In this document: one piece after another, positions 52,528-64,000 of the stretch | Layout: every line of letters begins with the position of its first letter | How positions within the stretch are numbered: position 1 is the first letter of the stretch | Source: Selaginella moellendorffii | Taxonomy: Eukaryota > Plantae > Lycopodiophyta | DNA length: 64,000 nucleotides | Direction of reading: 5' to 3' | Assembly: GCF_000143415.4 (NCBI RefSeq) | Contig: NW_003314410.1 | Coordinates: 62,001 to 126,000, forward strand | Notes under the pieces: model-generated | Database searches by the model: none | The model's input: only the letters and a program-made list of their open reading frames with translations | Told to the model about the DNA's origin: nothing | Position numbers and translations under genes: made by a program

Positions 52528-54625
52528 ATGCAATCTCTGCCAAGGAAGGGGCCGCTGGGAACGGCTTGGCGCGCGGCTCATGTGGAGCGCCGGCTTGCCA
52601 GGAGCGAGATAAGCGCGGCAGACATCGCTACAACTGTTGGTAAGTCTTATCTTCCGTCATGTTTGCGCTCAAAGTCGTGGTTTTTGCGCACTCGAGCTCA
52701 AAGGCGTGGGGTTTTGGCAGATGAAATCCTTCGCTTCCCCGACGTGCCACTGTCTTTGAGAGTGTCCGCTTATCTGTTGCTGGGCGTGGCACGCATTTAC
52801 TCTAGGAAGGTTGTCTACCTCCTGGCAGTCTCCAACGAGACCTGGGAGAAGGTCAAAAGGCTGAGCATCAAAGCTAGCGAGGCTTCTCTACTGGAAACTG
52901 AGCGCCTTTGTGTGGGCTATGCTGGAAACTTGGCTGACTTGCTCGATCCTTTTCGGGAAGAAGAGGTTGTAAACGCAGTACACAGGTACGGGAATATGAT
53001 TGGCAATGTTGCACTGTTAACTTTCTGTCAGCGTTTGTGCAGCAATGTCGATTTGCACGTTGCACTGGCAGAGCACATTACTTTGCAGCCAAACGTAGAT
53101 CATTTTGGATCTTACAACACGGAGCTAGATGGTGAGAACTGGCTTTTTGTCTAGTCGTTTCTAACTTTTTACTTTACAGAAAGATTTCCTGATGGTGATT
53201 TGCCATTCGGCTTCGAAGTTGAGGAAGTCATCTCGCAATGGTATGGTGTGATTCCTTTCTTCAACGAGAGTAACGTACCCTGTACTGCAGCCAAGAGAAA
53301 GAAAACTTGGATGAATGGTCCGGCATTGTGGACGATGGAGTATTTCAGCCGCAAACACCAACAAATGACGTCTTGGCAGACCATAGGGAGCGAGCACCTT
53401 ACAACCTTCTACGTCCAACGGCAATGCGGTCCTTGGCTTCGATCGTTGATGAGATAGCTGATCAGCAAATGCCAGGTGCTCCTTTTCAGACTGTGATAGA
53501 GAGGGAGAAGGCCATTCGCGCGCAAGACTGCGGCTATTTTTCCGAAAAAGAATCAGGTGAGCTACTCTAAGTGTAAAGGCTCGTGACTGTCTTTTATCAC
53601 AGAGTTGGCCTTCGCTCCAAGGACACCTCAGAAACCATGCACTGAGATACGCAGCAACGTCAGGACAAGTAACAAGCGGAAGCGGCTTGCGTTTGATATG
53701 TCGACCATGCTATCGAACGAGTAAGCCGAGTATCACAAATTCGTTTACAACTCTGACTCCCGGGTTTTGGTAGGCTGCTACAGAACCAGCTCCGTAGCAC
53801 AAAAGACCTGCTAAGGCCTCGTAAAAGAGCCGATTGCTGTTATCGACGAATGCTTCTTATGCAAAACATGACTGCTAGGGACCAGAGGTTGCTTCAGCTG
53901 CTAACTGGTAGCCGGCTGCCAGCGAGCAACTATCAACTGAGGACTTACGGTGTTTTGGAACGCGAAACAGAGAGAGGTATTAAGCTTACCTTCCAAGTTC
54001 ATAAGAACTAATTTTTAACAAACTTTTAGAGATCGCCGCCACGAAAAAGCTTGCTGGAGATAATCTGAACGGGGAAGACAATTTGAACGCTTCTATAAAC
54101 CCAGCTGTCGACTCTGTAGCTGATTTACCCGTAAGCTGCGTGATTTTGTTTCATTTTTTTATGAACTCGGTTTTTTTTCTGCAGGACTTTGATTGCCATT
54201 TTGAAGGTGATGATACTTTTTGCACTTTCCACTTCACCATTTCGCTGATCTCCTTACAGAACTTGTAGACGGCCGTGACTCCCAGGCTCCAGACAGTGAT
54301 GTATGCTCCGGACGGACGAGGTCAGTGCTTATCAAGTGGTAAATATATTCTCAATGATGTTTCATGTGACCAGGGCAGTAGCACTTATGTTGGAGAGGCG
54401 CAGCAAACAGGCTTCGAACGCGAGTTTGTCGCTGGAACAAATTCTGACGGGAAAAACTAGAAGAGTTGCAGCTTGCATGTTTTATGACATTCTGGTAACC
54501 TTGTGTATTTTCTATTCGCGACTTGTTTCTGACAGCGTGTGGAACAGGTCCTCGGGTCCAAACAGTCTCTCTTAGTGAAGCAAGCGGTTCCATTCGGTGA
54601 CATAATAGTTAGTGCATCCATGTGA
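52528..54625 (+). CDS. RAD21/REC8-family cohesin kleisin (SYN2/SYN3-like), multi-exon
   Basis: N-domain RKGPLGTAWRAAH...LSLRVSAYLLLGVARIYSRKVVYLL; C-terminal winged helix LSLEQILTGKTRRVAACMFYDILVL...KQAVPFGDIIV. Confidence 0.88.
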
Positions 54626-54886
54626 TTTTTTTTATCACTGCCCTGGTAAGTGATTTTCTCCTGGATGCGTGAATGACTGTAGTATGCTCAACGAAAATTT
54701 AACAAGCTTGATTTCTCGCCTTTCTGATGTTCGAGCATTATGATCTTCAAGGTATTGCTTGCCTCGTCGTATCTGCATTTATACCAGTGTTTTTTTTTTT
54801 TTTTTTTTTTGTTCGTTTGTTTGGTTTTTAGATATTTTGTTTCAGGAATAGAGAGCTCCGGGTGCTACTTTATATTTATACTGTCA

Positions 54887-56208
54887 ATGGTGCTTCTTCC
54901 TCAACGAGCTCGGGTCTCACGGCGAGTAAAGTACGTATCCATTGGTTTTCTTTGTAACTGATTTTCTTTGGCACGTAGGACACCACTTGGCGCCTGCGTG
55001 TGTAGAGCACACCCTAAATACGAAGAAAAGATGATCCGAGCGCCGTTTCCAGGAGGATTGGGCAGCACGTTTTGTTCAGTTATTTGTTTTGGCAAATGCG
55101 CGGCGGGGAGACACACGAGCCTCTGCCAAGCATACCAAGTAAGTTTGCTCTTGTCCTTCTGTTGGTTTTTTATGATTTTTTGGTGATCGCGCAGAATACA
55201 TTCACCCCAACGGAGAGAGTGAAGCAGAGAATCCAGCACGGCTTTGAAAAATTCAAGCAGGAGACTTTCTTGTACGCCAGACAAATCTGAATCCCTGGAC
55301 GGTTTCAATGCCAACTTCCGAATTTGTGCTGTGGACAGGAGGCAACCAAAGCTGTTTCGCGAAGTAGCGGTGAAGCAGACTCCAAAGGTAAGCGCTGTCT
55401 GGTCTTAAGAACGCTCGAAACGGCTCATCTCTTATATTTCTTGTGCAGTTCATGGTCATTGCCTGCTCCGACTCGAGAGTATGTCCCACGACAGTTCTTG
55501 GATTCCGGCCAGGCGAAGCATTTGTCGTCCGCAACATTGCTAACATGGTTCCTCCACCAGAGCAGGTACTCTGTAATTTTCTTGGTTTGGATTCCAAAGC
55601 ATGGTTGTGAAAATCCGGGCAGGCTATGATCTATCCCGGCACTAGTGCAGCTATTGAATACGCCGTCATGGTTCTCAAGGTAACCATTTTCCGGCAAATA
55701 CAAGCTTTGCCAAACCGTCCATAGGTGGAGAGTATAATGGTGATCGGGCACAGCAGGTGTGGTGGCATCCTTGCTCTCATGACTCAGAAGGAAAATGTGA
55801 AACGGAGGTACTTACACACTCTCTCGCTTTGCTTGTTTCTCTCCTTTTCTGGCACTTCTGACGTGATTTTCTAGTCAGTGTTTTTGTTGAAGACTGGATC
55901 CAGATTGGGCTTGCGGCTCGTACCGCGGCTCTCAAGGCAGCAGCTGACAAGGACCTGGAACAGCAGTGCACAATGTGCGAAAAGGTTTGCTCTGCGACCG
56001 CTGCTCTTTCCCCGTTCGTCTGACGATTTCGTGCCAGGAGTCTATCAACTTATCGCTGTCAAACCTCTTGGCTTTTCCCTTCGTGCACGACGCAGTCATG
56101 AATGGCAACCTCACGCTCCATGGTGGCTACTACAACTTTGTGGAGGGCTCGTTCGAGTACTGGCTGTATGGGGCGGATGGGAAGACAGGTGCTCATTCCC
56201 GATTCTAA
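54887..56208 (+). CDS. beta-carbonic anhydrase, multi-exon (start 54887 or 55030)
   Basis: [55 protein letters not shown]. Confidence 0.93.
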
Positions 56209-56443
56209 TCAGCAAGGTATGTCACTAGTTTCATCGGTTTCTTTCTTAAGATGCTGTTGCGTTTGTGGAAGCTAAGGCGGTCGATCAAGCACTTGTAAGG
56301 GAGGAACGAGTTTACAGCACAAGGTTTTGTGATCGCATTGGCAAATTCATCTTATCCTGCTCAATATATTCTTTTTTAGCTCTTTTGGTAAATAAAAGCA
56401 TACTTAAAGCTTGACTATAAAGTTGAAGGGTTGCCCTAAAAAG

Positions 56444-57211
56444 ATGGTAGTGGAGGAGCCGGATGTTGTGATCCACGCTTCGCGCTGGTGTTGCCTCAGA
56501 GATCTTGCGTCTAGGGCTCAGAGGGTATACCAGGTTGAGCCTTTTGTACCAGGAAGATCTCCCGAGGAAGCGACAGTCGACTGGAGCGGTCTTTTTCCAG
56601 GTAGCGAGTTGAAAAGCACTAATCCGCCTCGAGGCGGTGATCTCCAGCCTCTGTTTGACTTCGATGAGCAAGGTATGCCCATAGCCACAGTAAACAAAGA
56701 AGCGAAACGGTGCTCTGGTTGCTGGGAGCAAGCGTTAAACCTTTGCTCCCAGGCCATGACCAAGCTTGGCACCACAGCACACCAGTTTTCTCTCCAGGAG
56801 CGCCAACAGCCAGCCTTGTCCTTGATCCATAAGGCACTGGAGCTTTTCAGGCATAAGCAGCAGGACAAGAATTTATTCCAAGTTTATGTTCTAGGTAATA
56901 GTTTGAGGAAAGTGGGCTTGATTACTCGACCCAGCGAGGAGGTGGTGTTGGAGCTCTTGAATCGACACCCAGTGGTAACGAGCTTGAGATGCGAGCAACT
57001 TGAAAAAGATGATGCCTTTGTGGATGACGGCGGTGGCAAGGCGTGGTATTGTAGCACGTACAACATGTACTGGATTGGGCAGTGTGTGGTGCTCCTGGGG
57101 TTTACTCCCACTAGATGGATTGTGTTCCACCCTAAGCACGGGATTTTCACGGTGCAAAGAGAGCAGTATACTGGCGTCGCAGAGTTCGTCTTAGTGCCCC
57201 TTTTCTCGTAA
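56444..57211 (+). CDS. orphan 255-aa protein, probable divergent papain-like (C1A) fold, intronless
   Basis: Long ORF with TATAAA at 56416; motif order TVDW...EQG...CSGCW...FSLQE...LLNRHPVV...GQCVVLLGF...WIV. Confidence 0.6.
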   Translation: MVVEEPDVVIHASRWCCLRDLASRAQRVYQVEPFVPGRSPEEATVDWSGLFPGSELKSTNPPRGGDLQPLFDFDEQGMPIATVNKEAKRCSGCWEQALNLCSQAMTKLGTTAHQFSLQERQQPALSLIHKALELFRHKQQDKNLFQVYVLGNSLRKVGLITRPSEEVVLELLNRHPVVTSLRCEQLEKDDAFVDDGGGKAWYCSTYNMYWIGQCVVLLGFTPTRWIVFHPKHGIFTVQREQYTGVAEFVLVPLFS

Positions 57212-58571
57212 TTTATTAGCAATCTTCTGTAATTTCTTTTTATTTCAAGAAAGGGAATAGGTGTCCCAGATCTTGCAAAAGTAGCTCACGTCCTGATGTA
57301 AACGTTGGTCTTGTCTTACAAGAGCTTGATCGCGTTTGTCTATATGAAACTTCCACAACAAAAAAACAAGCTTTTTGGCATGAAATTGTCAGACGAATGG
57401 GAAAAGCAGTTCCCAGCTGACTAAGGAAACGCATCCATGCATGTCCTGGTTGTTTAGTCGGCTTGGGTTTGCAGCCCTATCAAATCCCTGCGAGCTCGTT
57501 AAAAGGTTTTGCTTCTTCTGGATTCTTACAGCCATACGTCATATATCACTGTTGAGATGCCATTCTTACGAACGAGAGAAAAGAATGACGTGACTCACTC
57601 GAGAAATGCTTCTGTCACCGGTGGTGATCGTCCCAAGTGACAAATGTTCCCCAAAGCGTCTTACTGCTTGAAGGATGTTCCCTCCTTAGAAGAAGGTAAC
57701 GAAGAAGAAGAATCCTCATCAATCAACCAAGTCGAAAAAATGAATGTTACCAATACTCGTAAAAGGCGCAGGAACGAGCAAACACCAGGTTGCCTCGGCA
57801 GCGAAAGACGTGTTCTATGGTCGTGACAAAACAAATCCCGCTAGAAAATATGCAAGTGAAAACTTACATGCAAAGCCATGTTTACCTCTTGGAAACTTCT
57901 GATGGCGATTGAGTCAAGAGCTTCGGGAGGCTGCTGGCCGCAACAAAGAGATAGCTAGCCATCCAAGTCCCCGGACCTAGGCGGAAAACGCAAGGATCAT
58001 CCATCACCACAGTCTATACGCTATCATCCACAAGACAAACCGTGGTTAAGAGTGCTTGGTTCACATGATCAGTGAGACCAGATGGAGCATTGTGTACGAG
58101 AGGATGAATGGAAAGACGATAATACGAAGCCGTGACGCGGCCGCGCACAACTCTGTCACACAGAGGAAATAAAAATCAAACAATCACACGATCAAAAGAA
58201 CAAAAGGAAATGCGGCCTCCAGAATCTAGCCGGCTTGACGTGGGTTTGGAGCGCTGGAGGAGGCGTAGGGAATCGAGGGCTTCACAATCTCCATCTCCTG
58301 TCGCTCCCTGGAGCTGTGATTCTCCTCGCGGAGAGTGCTGCTCTCCTGACGGTCGGCGTACAGTTTTCTGTCAATCACGCATTGATTTTTTTCTGACATA
58401 AGAGAATGTGCGATAAGCACGTTCTTCTCATGGGATCTTCGCGAAGAAACGTCTCGTGTGGGATTGGGATGATCTAAGTTTGTGAGTGTATACCGAAAGT
58501 TTTTGTGGTGTTCTTTCTCCCTCTCTTGAGTGTTTTTGTGGTTTTTGTGGATTTCATCTTTGGTTGCAAAG

Positions 58572-59996
58572 ATGGTTGTGCGCGTAGAGTCCGTGTCCAC
58601 GATCGTTCCAGCGGTCCCAACACCGCAGCCCTGCACTCTCTGGCTTTGCAACTTCCAAATCCAGGTCCTGGGCGATAACTACATCAAGCAAGTTTACTAC
58701 TACCCAGCTGCTCTGGATCACGTAAGCTCTTTCGATTCGCTGGTGGCGAGCTTGAAGGACTCGCTCTCCCGGATCCTCGTCCCGTACTATCCTCTAGCCG
58801 GGAGGCCCAGGATCGCCGGCCTCGACCGCCCCATCCTCGAGTGCAACGACCGCGGCATCGAGTTCGTGGTGGCCTTCGCCGATGCGAGCTTCGGCGACTG
58901 GGGCAATTCCATGAAGCAGTGCTCCATCGAGCAGGAGCTCAACCCGGCCCAGACCGCGATCACCGATCCGGAGAACTTCCCTCAGCTCAAAGTTCAGGTA
59001 AATCGTTTGACCGGCTTTGATCGGCTTTGACTACTCTCCCAGGTGACCAAGTTCCGGTGTGGCGGGATAGCTCTGGGCCTCGTCACCAGCCACACCCTCC
59101 TGGACGGCTCCTCGTTCTTCCCCTTCCTCAAGGCCTGGTCGGAGCTCCACCGGGGATTCCCACCGCCGAATCCACCGCCCAGCTTCGACTCCAGCCTCCT
59201 CAAGGCGCGGGATCCGCCCTGCGTCACCGTGCCGGTCCGGGACTTCGTTGCTGTGACCCCCGCCATCGCCGAGGAGATGGACAAGGCCGCCCAGGACTTC
59301 AAGCCCAGTTACCACGTCCGGGCATTCCACATGAACGAGCAGCAGCTCGCGGAGCTCAAGCACGAGATCGCGTCTGGCCCGTTCGCCTACGGCAGCAGCC
59401 CAACCTCCTTCGAGGCCGTCTCGGGTCTCGTCTGGAAGTGCATCACCGAGGCCCGTGACTTCGACGACTCGGTGACCAACACTTACATCTACGCGGTGTC
59501 CACCAAGGTGGGCAGAAACCGGTGGCAGCCACCGATGCCGAGCGAGTACTGCGGCACCTCCTCCTTCACGCTCTGCCTGCCGTGCGCCGTGGGCGATCTC
59601 AAGACCAAGCACGTCTCCCACGCCGCGCGGCTCTTCCACGAGGATGTCCGCAACGTAGGCCAGGAGAGGATCCAGTCTACCATCGACTGGATGGAGGAGA
59701 CGCTGCGCAAGGGCCATGATATCGGGCTCAACGTCTCCCCACCCAGCACCGGGATGGGGATCTTCAGCATCAGCTTGCACTCGTTCCCGGTGTACGAGTT
59801 TGAGTTTGGGTGGGGGCGGCCGGCCCACTTCTCGATGGTGCTGGAGTCGTGGTATGGCAACGGGGTGATGGTGCTACTTCCCACGCCTCAGGGCGGGATG
59901 CGAGAGCGCCGGATTGTGGTGATGCTGCTCGAGGAGCAGATGAAGAGGCTGCTGCAAAGCGAGCTCTTTGCGAGGTTTACAACCCTGGACTGCTAG
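58572..59996 (+). CDS. BAHD acyltransferase, 2 exons
   Basis: LKDSLSRILVPYYPLAGR, ECNDRGIEF, conserved intron at LKVQ|VTKFRCGG, HTLLD (HxxxD), FEFGWGRP. Confidence 0.95.
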
Positions 59997-60249
59997 TTCC
60001 TCTCCGCACAGGAGCTTCAAATAAGATTGGCGAATGGTCCCCTTGACTCCATGGTATGGGCCCTGTTTCTGTGGTTTTCATCACGCAAGCTTTCGATAGA
60101 AATCAATGCACGAAGGCTACTTTTGTTTTTGGAGGTGCTGCTCTTCATGCTGTAGGAGAGTAAATTAGTTTGTTCCACGCAGATTGATTTCTCGCGGTCT
60201 TTGGATCTAGTGCTCCACTCTCATCTCCTACAACATGAAAATCCAATGC

Positions 60250-60580
60250 CATAAAAGAAAGGCTAGAGGGGATCAAGAATTTGTGTTGAAACTCTCACAC
60301 CAGGTTCGCTCTTTCTTTTCGATTGCAACGCAAAAAGGAGCCAGTGACACTGCAAAACAACGAACTCTCAACGCGAACTCACTGATGTGGACAACGCTGT
60401 GCGAATATGAACAATCAACAATACTTAGGTTTAGGTTATCGTGTCTTTCGATTTGTTCTAATTTCTTGTCATGAAGAAGCCAAGTGACATGCTGGTGTTG
60501 CTCAACGACGATACGAACTGAAAAACGCCATGTCACAGCGTGTGCCATACTTGGTTGGCAACGTTTTGGAGAGATTGTGA
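60250..60580 (+). repeat. inverted copy of the 61.8-63.7 kb repeat unit
   Basis: Reverse complement of segments such as TTGGCTTCTTCATGACAAGAAATTAGAACAAAT, AGCGTTGTCCACATC and TGAGAGTTTCAACAC. Confidence 0.85.
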
Positions 60581-60699
60581 TCAAAGGAACCTGCCCAGCC
60601 TTCTGGTAGCACACCACATGGCCATTTATCTTTGCAGAATTACCTCATTATAGTGGAGTCAATCAAAAACTCCTGGCTAATGGTCTTTATTCATGCCTT

Positions 60700-61363
60700 T
60701 GACCATTAACATTTTTCAGGATGGAAATTTTTCAGTATGCAAGAGGTGTAGAAGGCAGAGTAAACCACTGGAAGTGTACCTGAGCTATGAAGAACCGGAG
60801 GCTAGCCGTGTTGCAGCCAGCGAGCGATCCTGGCAAACTGGCGTCGAGTGTTTGGAAGAAGCTGATGCGTCTTAACAGCAAGCCTCTCCCTTTCACAGAG
60901 ACGAGGTAGGGGACTACAAAACTCGCGTTTGCGTCTCGGCTCCAAGGTGGCCACGTCCCCGAGTTGATCCAGGAAAAGGTTGTGAGTTTTGTGGAGAGAT
61001 ACAACCAGCAGTACACCAAGGAGACCGAGACTGCCCGTGATACTGCAACTTCAAAGCGAAAGGACGCAATGCTCAGGCACGAGCTCGAGTACTTGAGAAG
61101 CGGAAATGAGCTGGAGCTGTTGAGTCTACTCCCGAATGCCAGGGACGAAGAAGAACCCTCAGACAGAGCCAGAGGCACGACTGGACGAAGGCTGGACAAA
61201 AGGCTGGATGAAAATACTCAGGCACAAGCGATTGGACTGGAAGAAATTCCTCGGCCCTGGAAGAGGACACGAAGCTGCTCGTGCTCACGCCAGAAGGGAC
61301 CGGCTTGGAAGTTCTGGAAGTGACGAGCCCGAGGTCTTCAAGCTCGGACAAACTCTTGAGTAA
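60700..61363 (+). pseudogene. degraded coding-like segment of unknown family
   Basis: GC/purine-rich with broken overlapping ORFs (60693, 60964, 61136); in-frame TAG upstream of the 60964 ORF. Confidence 0.35.
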
Positions 61364-61794
61364 CTGCTACAGCTTCCACAAGCTCGTCTCTGGGAATGTT
61401 TTTTGACATAACTACTGGACAAATTTTTGCAACTTTGTATATGTATTCATTTCTTTTCAAGGAAACTACTTGTGTAGATCGTCTCGTTTTGCCACTGCCA
61501 AAGCGTAACTTCCATCTACCCATCGTTAGCTGGCTCTGGAACGTTACCGTTGCAATCTCATGGCGTTCCAAAAACAAAAGGATGTTAGGGAAACCATAAA
61601 GAAAACTAAAGCCTCTCTCCTGGCGTTGTCCAGTTCTTTGAACAAACATTTTGGTTAGAACAAATAGCTCACGGACCTCTTAAACTTCGCATTTCGTTGA
61701 ACAGAAAACATCCTAGTTAGACAAACCAATATATGAGTTGATTCAGGCGTCTTTTCTTGTAAATTCACGCTATGCACATTCCTTTGCCTTTGGA

Positions 61795-63680
61795 GTTTTC
61801 ATGGTCGTCGTTTTCATTGTGGATTGAAGTTCTGGCCCAACGTTGTTTCTCGCAGGCTTGCATTGAGCGCAGCAACAATTAAATCTCTCCAATCTCGTAG
61901 CATTTTTCTTCTTGGACATAGTCTTAACATCACGTCACTTGTTTTTTTTCATGACAAGAGATTAGAACAAATTTAAACACACGCAAACCTTGAAGCTAAG
62001 TATCATCAACTTTTAATCATCGTTAGTTTTGTTCGTATTCACAAATTTCCCTTCGCGTTGAGAGTTGCTTGGACTGTTGCTTTGCACTTAGCTTGTTTGA
62101 GTTGTTTGATTGAGCATATCATCTTAGCTTGACTGTGTGGCTCCCTTTTGCGTTGAGCATAGCATCTTCTTGACCCCGTCGTCGGCACTCTCAATTGAAA
62201 AGAAAGAGCAAACCTGAATTCTTCAAACGTTGAGAGTTTCAACACGAGTTCTTGAATGCCTCTAGCCTTTATTTTATCGTTGATAATTCTAGAGCATACC
62301 TCTTGGCTCGTTGCAAGCAGCTTCGCTTTCTTGTCTCCAGCAAGTCTCTCTTGTTTCGTTGTCTTACTCTCTTGTTTCGTTGCCTTACACAAAGAAAAAT
62401 AAATAAACTTACCTTTGCGAAGTGGAGGGGCTGGTCAAGGATCAACGACGGATCATGATCGTTGTTTTCATTGAGGTTTGACCATTGTCATGTATGTCTT
62501 CAGCTGGATTGAAGTTCTGAAGATTGCAGGTGCCTAACGTTGTTTCTCAGCTCGCAGGTCTTGCGTTGAGCGCACCAACAACATAACTCGAAGCACTGAC
62601 AATCTCTCCAAAACGTTGATACAAAATCCTTGCGTTGAGCGCAGTAACAACATAACTAGGAGCACTGACAATCTCTCCAAAACGTTGATACAAAATCTCT
62701 CCAATCTAGTAGCATTTTTCTTCCTGGCACACGTCTTATCGTCATTGAGCTGTCACTTGGCTTCTTCATGACAAGAAATTAGAACAAATCCCCGTTGTTT
62801 TGCACTTTGCTTGTTTGAGTTGTTTGAGCACATCATCTTAGCACGGGCTCCCTTTTGTGTTGCAATTGAAAAGAAAGAGGGAACCTGGTGTCTTCAAATG
62901 TTGAGAGTTTCAACACGAATTCTTGATCGCCTCCTTTCTTTTATCGTTTATCATACCTCTTAGCAGCTTCGCTTTCTTGTCCCTGGCAAATCTGTGTCTT
63001 ACTCGCTTATTGCTAACGCAAAGAAAAGCCCTTACCTTGAGAGGTGGAGAGGTGCGGCAGTTGACCGGTCCGGCCAAGGATCAGTGACGGATCATGATTG
63101 TTGTTGTCATTGTTATGTACGTCTTCAGCTAGATTGAAGTTCTGAAGATCTCAGATGCCCAGCGTTGTTTCTCAGCTGACCGGTCTTGCGTTGAGCGCAG
63201 CAACAACATAACTCAAAGCACTGACAATCTCTCCAAAACGTTGACACAAAATCTCTCCAATCTAGTAGCATTTTTCTTCTTGGCACACGCTGTGACAAAG
63301 CGTTTTTCAGTGCTTATCGTGGTTGAGCAGCACCAACATGTTGGCTTCTTCATGACAAGAAATTTCGAAACACACGCGAACCTGGCAACATGAAACTAAG
63401 TGTCGTTGATCTAGTTTGTTTGTATTCACAGAGCGTTGTCCACATCCTTCGCGTTGAGAGTTCCTTGGCCCGTTGTTTCACTTTGCTTGTTTGAGTTGTT
63501 TGTAGTGTCACTGCCTCCCTTTTGCGTTGCAATCTTCAAACGTTGAGAGTTTCAACACGATTTCTAACAGACCTCTTAAGCAGCTTCGCTTTCCAAATTT
63601 CTGTCTTACTCGTTTACTGCTAACGCAAAGAAAGCCCTATCTAAACGAACTTACCTTGCGAGAGTGGAGAGAGAAGCTGG
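61795..63680. repeat. three degenerate tandem units of ~600-650 bp, with a nested ~69-bp duplication at ~62560-62697
   Basis: GATTGAAGTTCTG...CGTTGTTTCTC...TTGAGCGCA...TCTCTCCAATCT...CATGACAAGA...TTGAGAGTTTCAACACGA...CTTACCTT repeated from ~61820, ~62505 and ~63130. Confidence 0.9.
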
Positions 63681-64000
63681 AGCTCCGATCAATGGGCAGC
63701 GTGGAAGGGTCGCGACCCCAACCCCAAGACATCCCGTCCGCGGCATCCACCGCCCCAGCCCTTCATCAACGATGAACCCTAAACGTAAGCTAAGTACCAC
63801 TATATATAGGCAGGACAAAAAGAGGAAGTTCTCAATTAGTCCAAAACGAAACTTAATTACTCGTCGCTAGCGGGAGGGGACAAGGAATCCTGCTGATCGG
63901 ACAGCCTGCTGGATGGCTCTTCCGTGCTGCTGTTGCGTGCCTGCACAGCTTCTGGATCTCAGCCGGCGATACATCGCACCGTCGTGGACATGGAGATGAT

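Noticed and set aside
63870-64000. GC-rich coding-like end of the window
   Set aside because: Frame and strand cannot be resolved from 130 nt.

Overview
Gene-dense, eukaryotic land-plant nuclear DNA. Very short GT-AG introns (mostly about 45-75 nt), tiny intergenic spaces, GC3-rich intronless genes, three PPR genes and plant-type tRNAs point to a compact lycophyte genome, most likely Selaginella (inference). There are two 100-N scaffold gaps. About 21 protein genes can be read by hand: MFP1, NAA50, an SBT2-type subtilase, POP5, an FCP1/NIF phosphatase, a P-class PPR, a JMJ13/706-like demethylase, PnsB4/NDF6, TRAPPC5, a kinesin-14, a dirigent protein, a malectin LRR-RLK, GCN1/ILITYHIA, a PH-domain protein, two PLS PPRs, an ACHT thioredoxin, galacturonokinase, a PHO1-family SPX-EXS protein, a RAD21 kleisin, a beta-carbonic anhydrase and a BAHD acyltransferase. 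There are also an orphan papain-like ORF, four intact tRNA genes and a repeat block at 60.2-63.7 kb. The most interesting signals are these. (i) Gene junctions leave almost no room for independent promoters: TRAPPC5 to PnsB4 through an apparently spliced 149-nt linker, phosphatase to POP5 in 70 nt, tRNA-Gly to PPR in 42 nt, and divergent PPR/GalAK start codons 33 nt apart. This suggests polycistronic or overlapping transcription. (ii) An intronless, prodomain-less papain-fold protein has Gln at the apparent catalytic His position. (iii) A 50-aa membrane microprotein candidate is missing from the ORF track. (iv) Duplicated splice sites create poison isoforms. (v) Splice donors recur just after stop codons. 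(vi) A TATA/telo-box-driven candidate lncRNA is built of tandem exon-intron units with an inverted partner copy. All gene models were assembled by eye, so exon borders are approximate.
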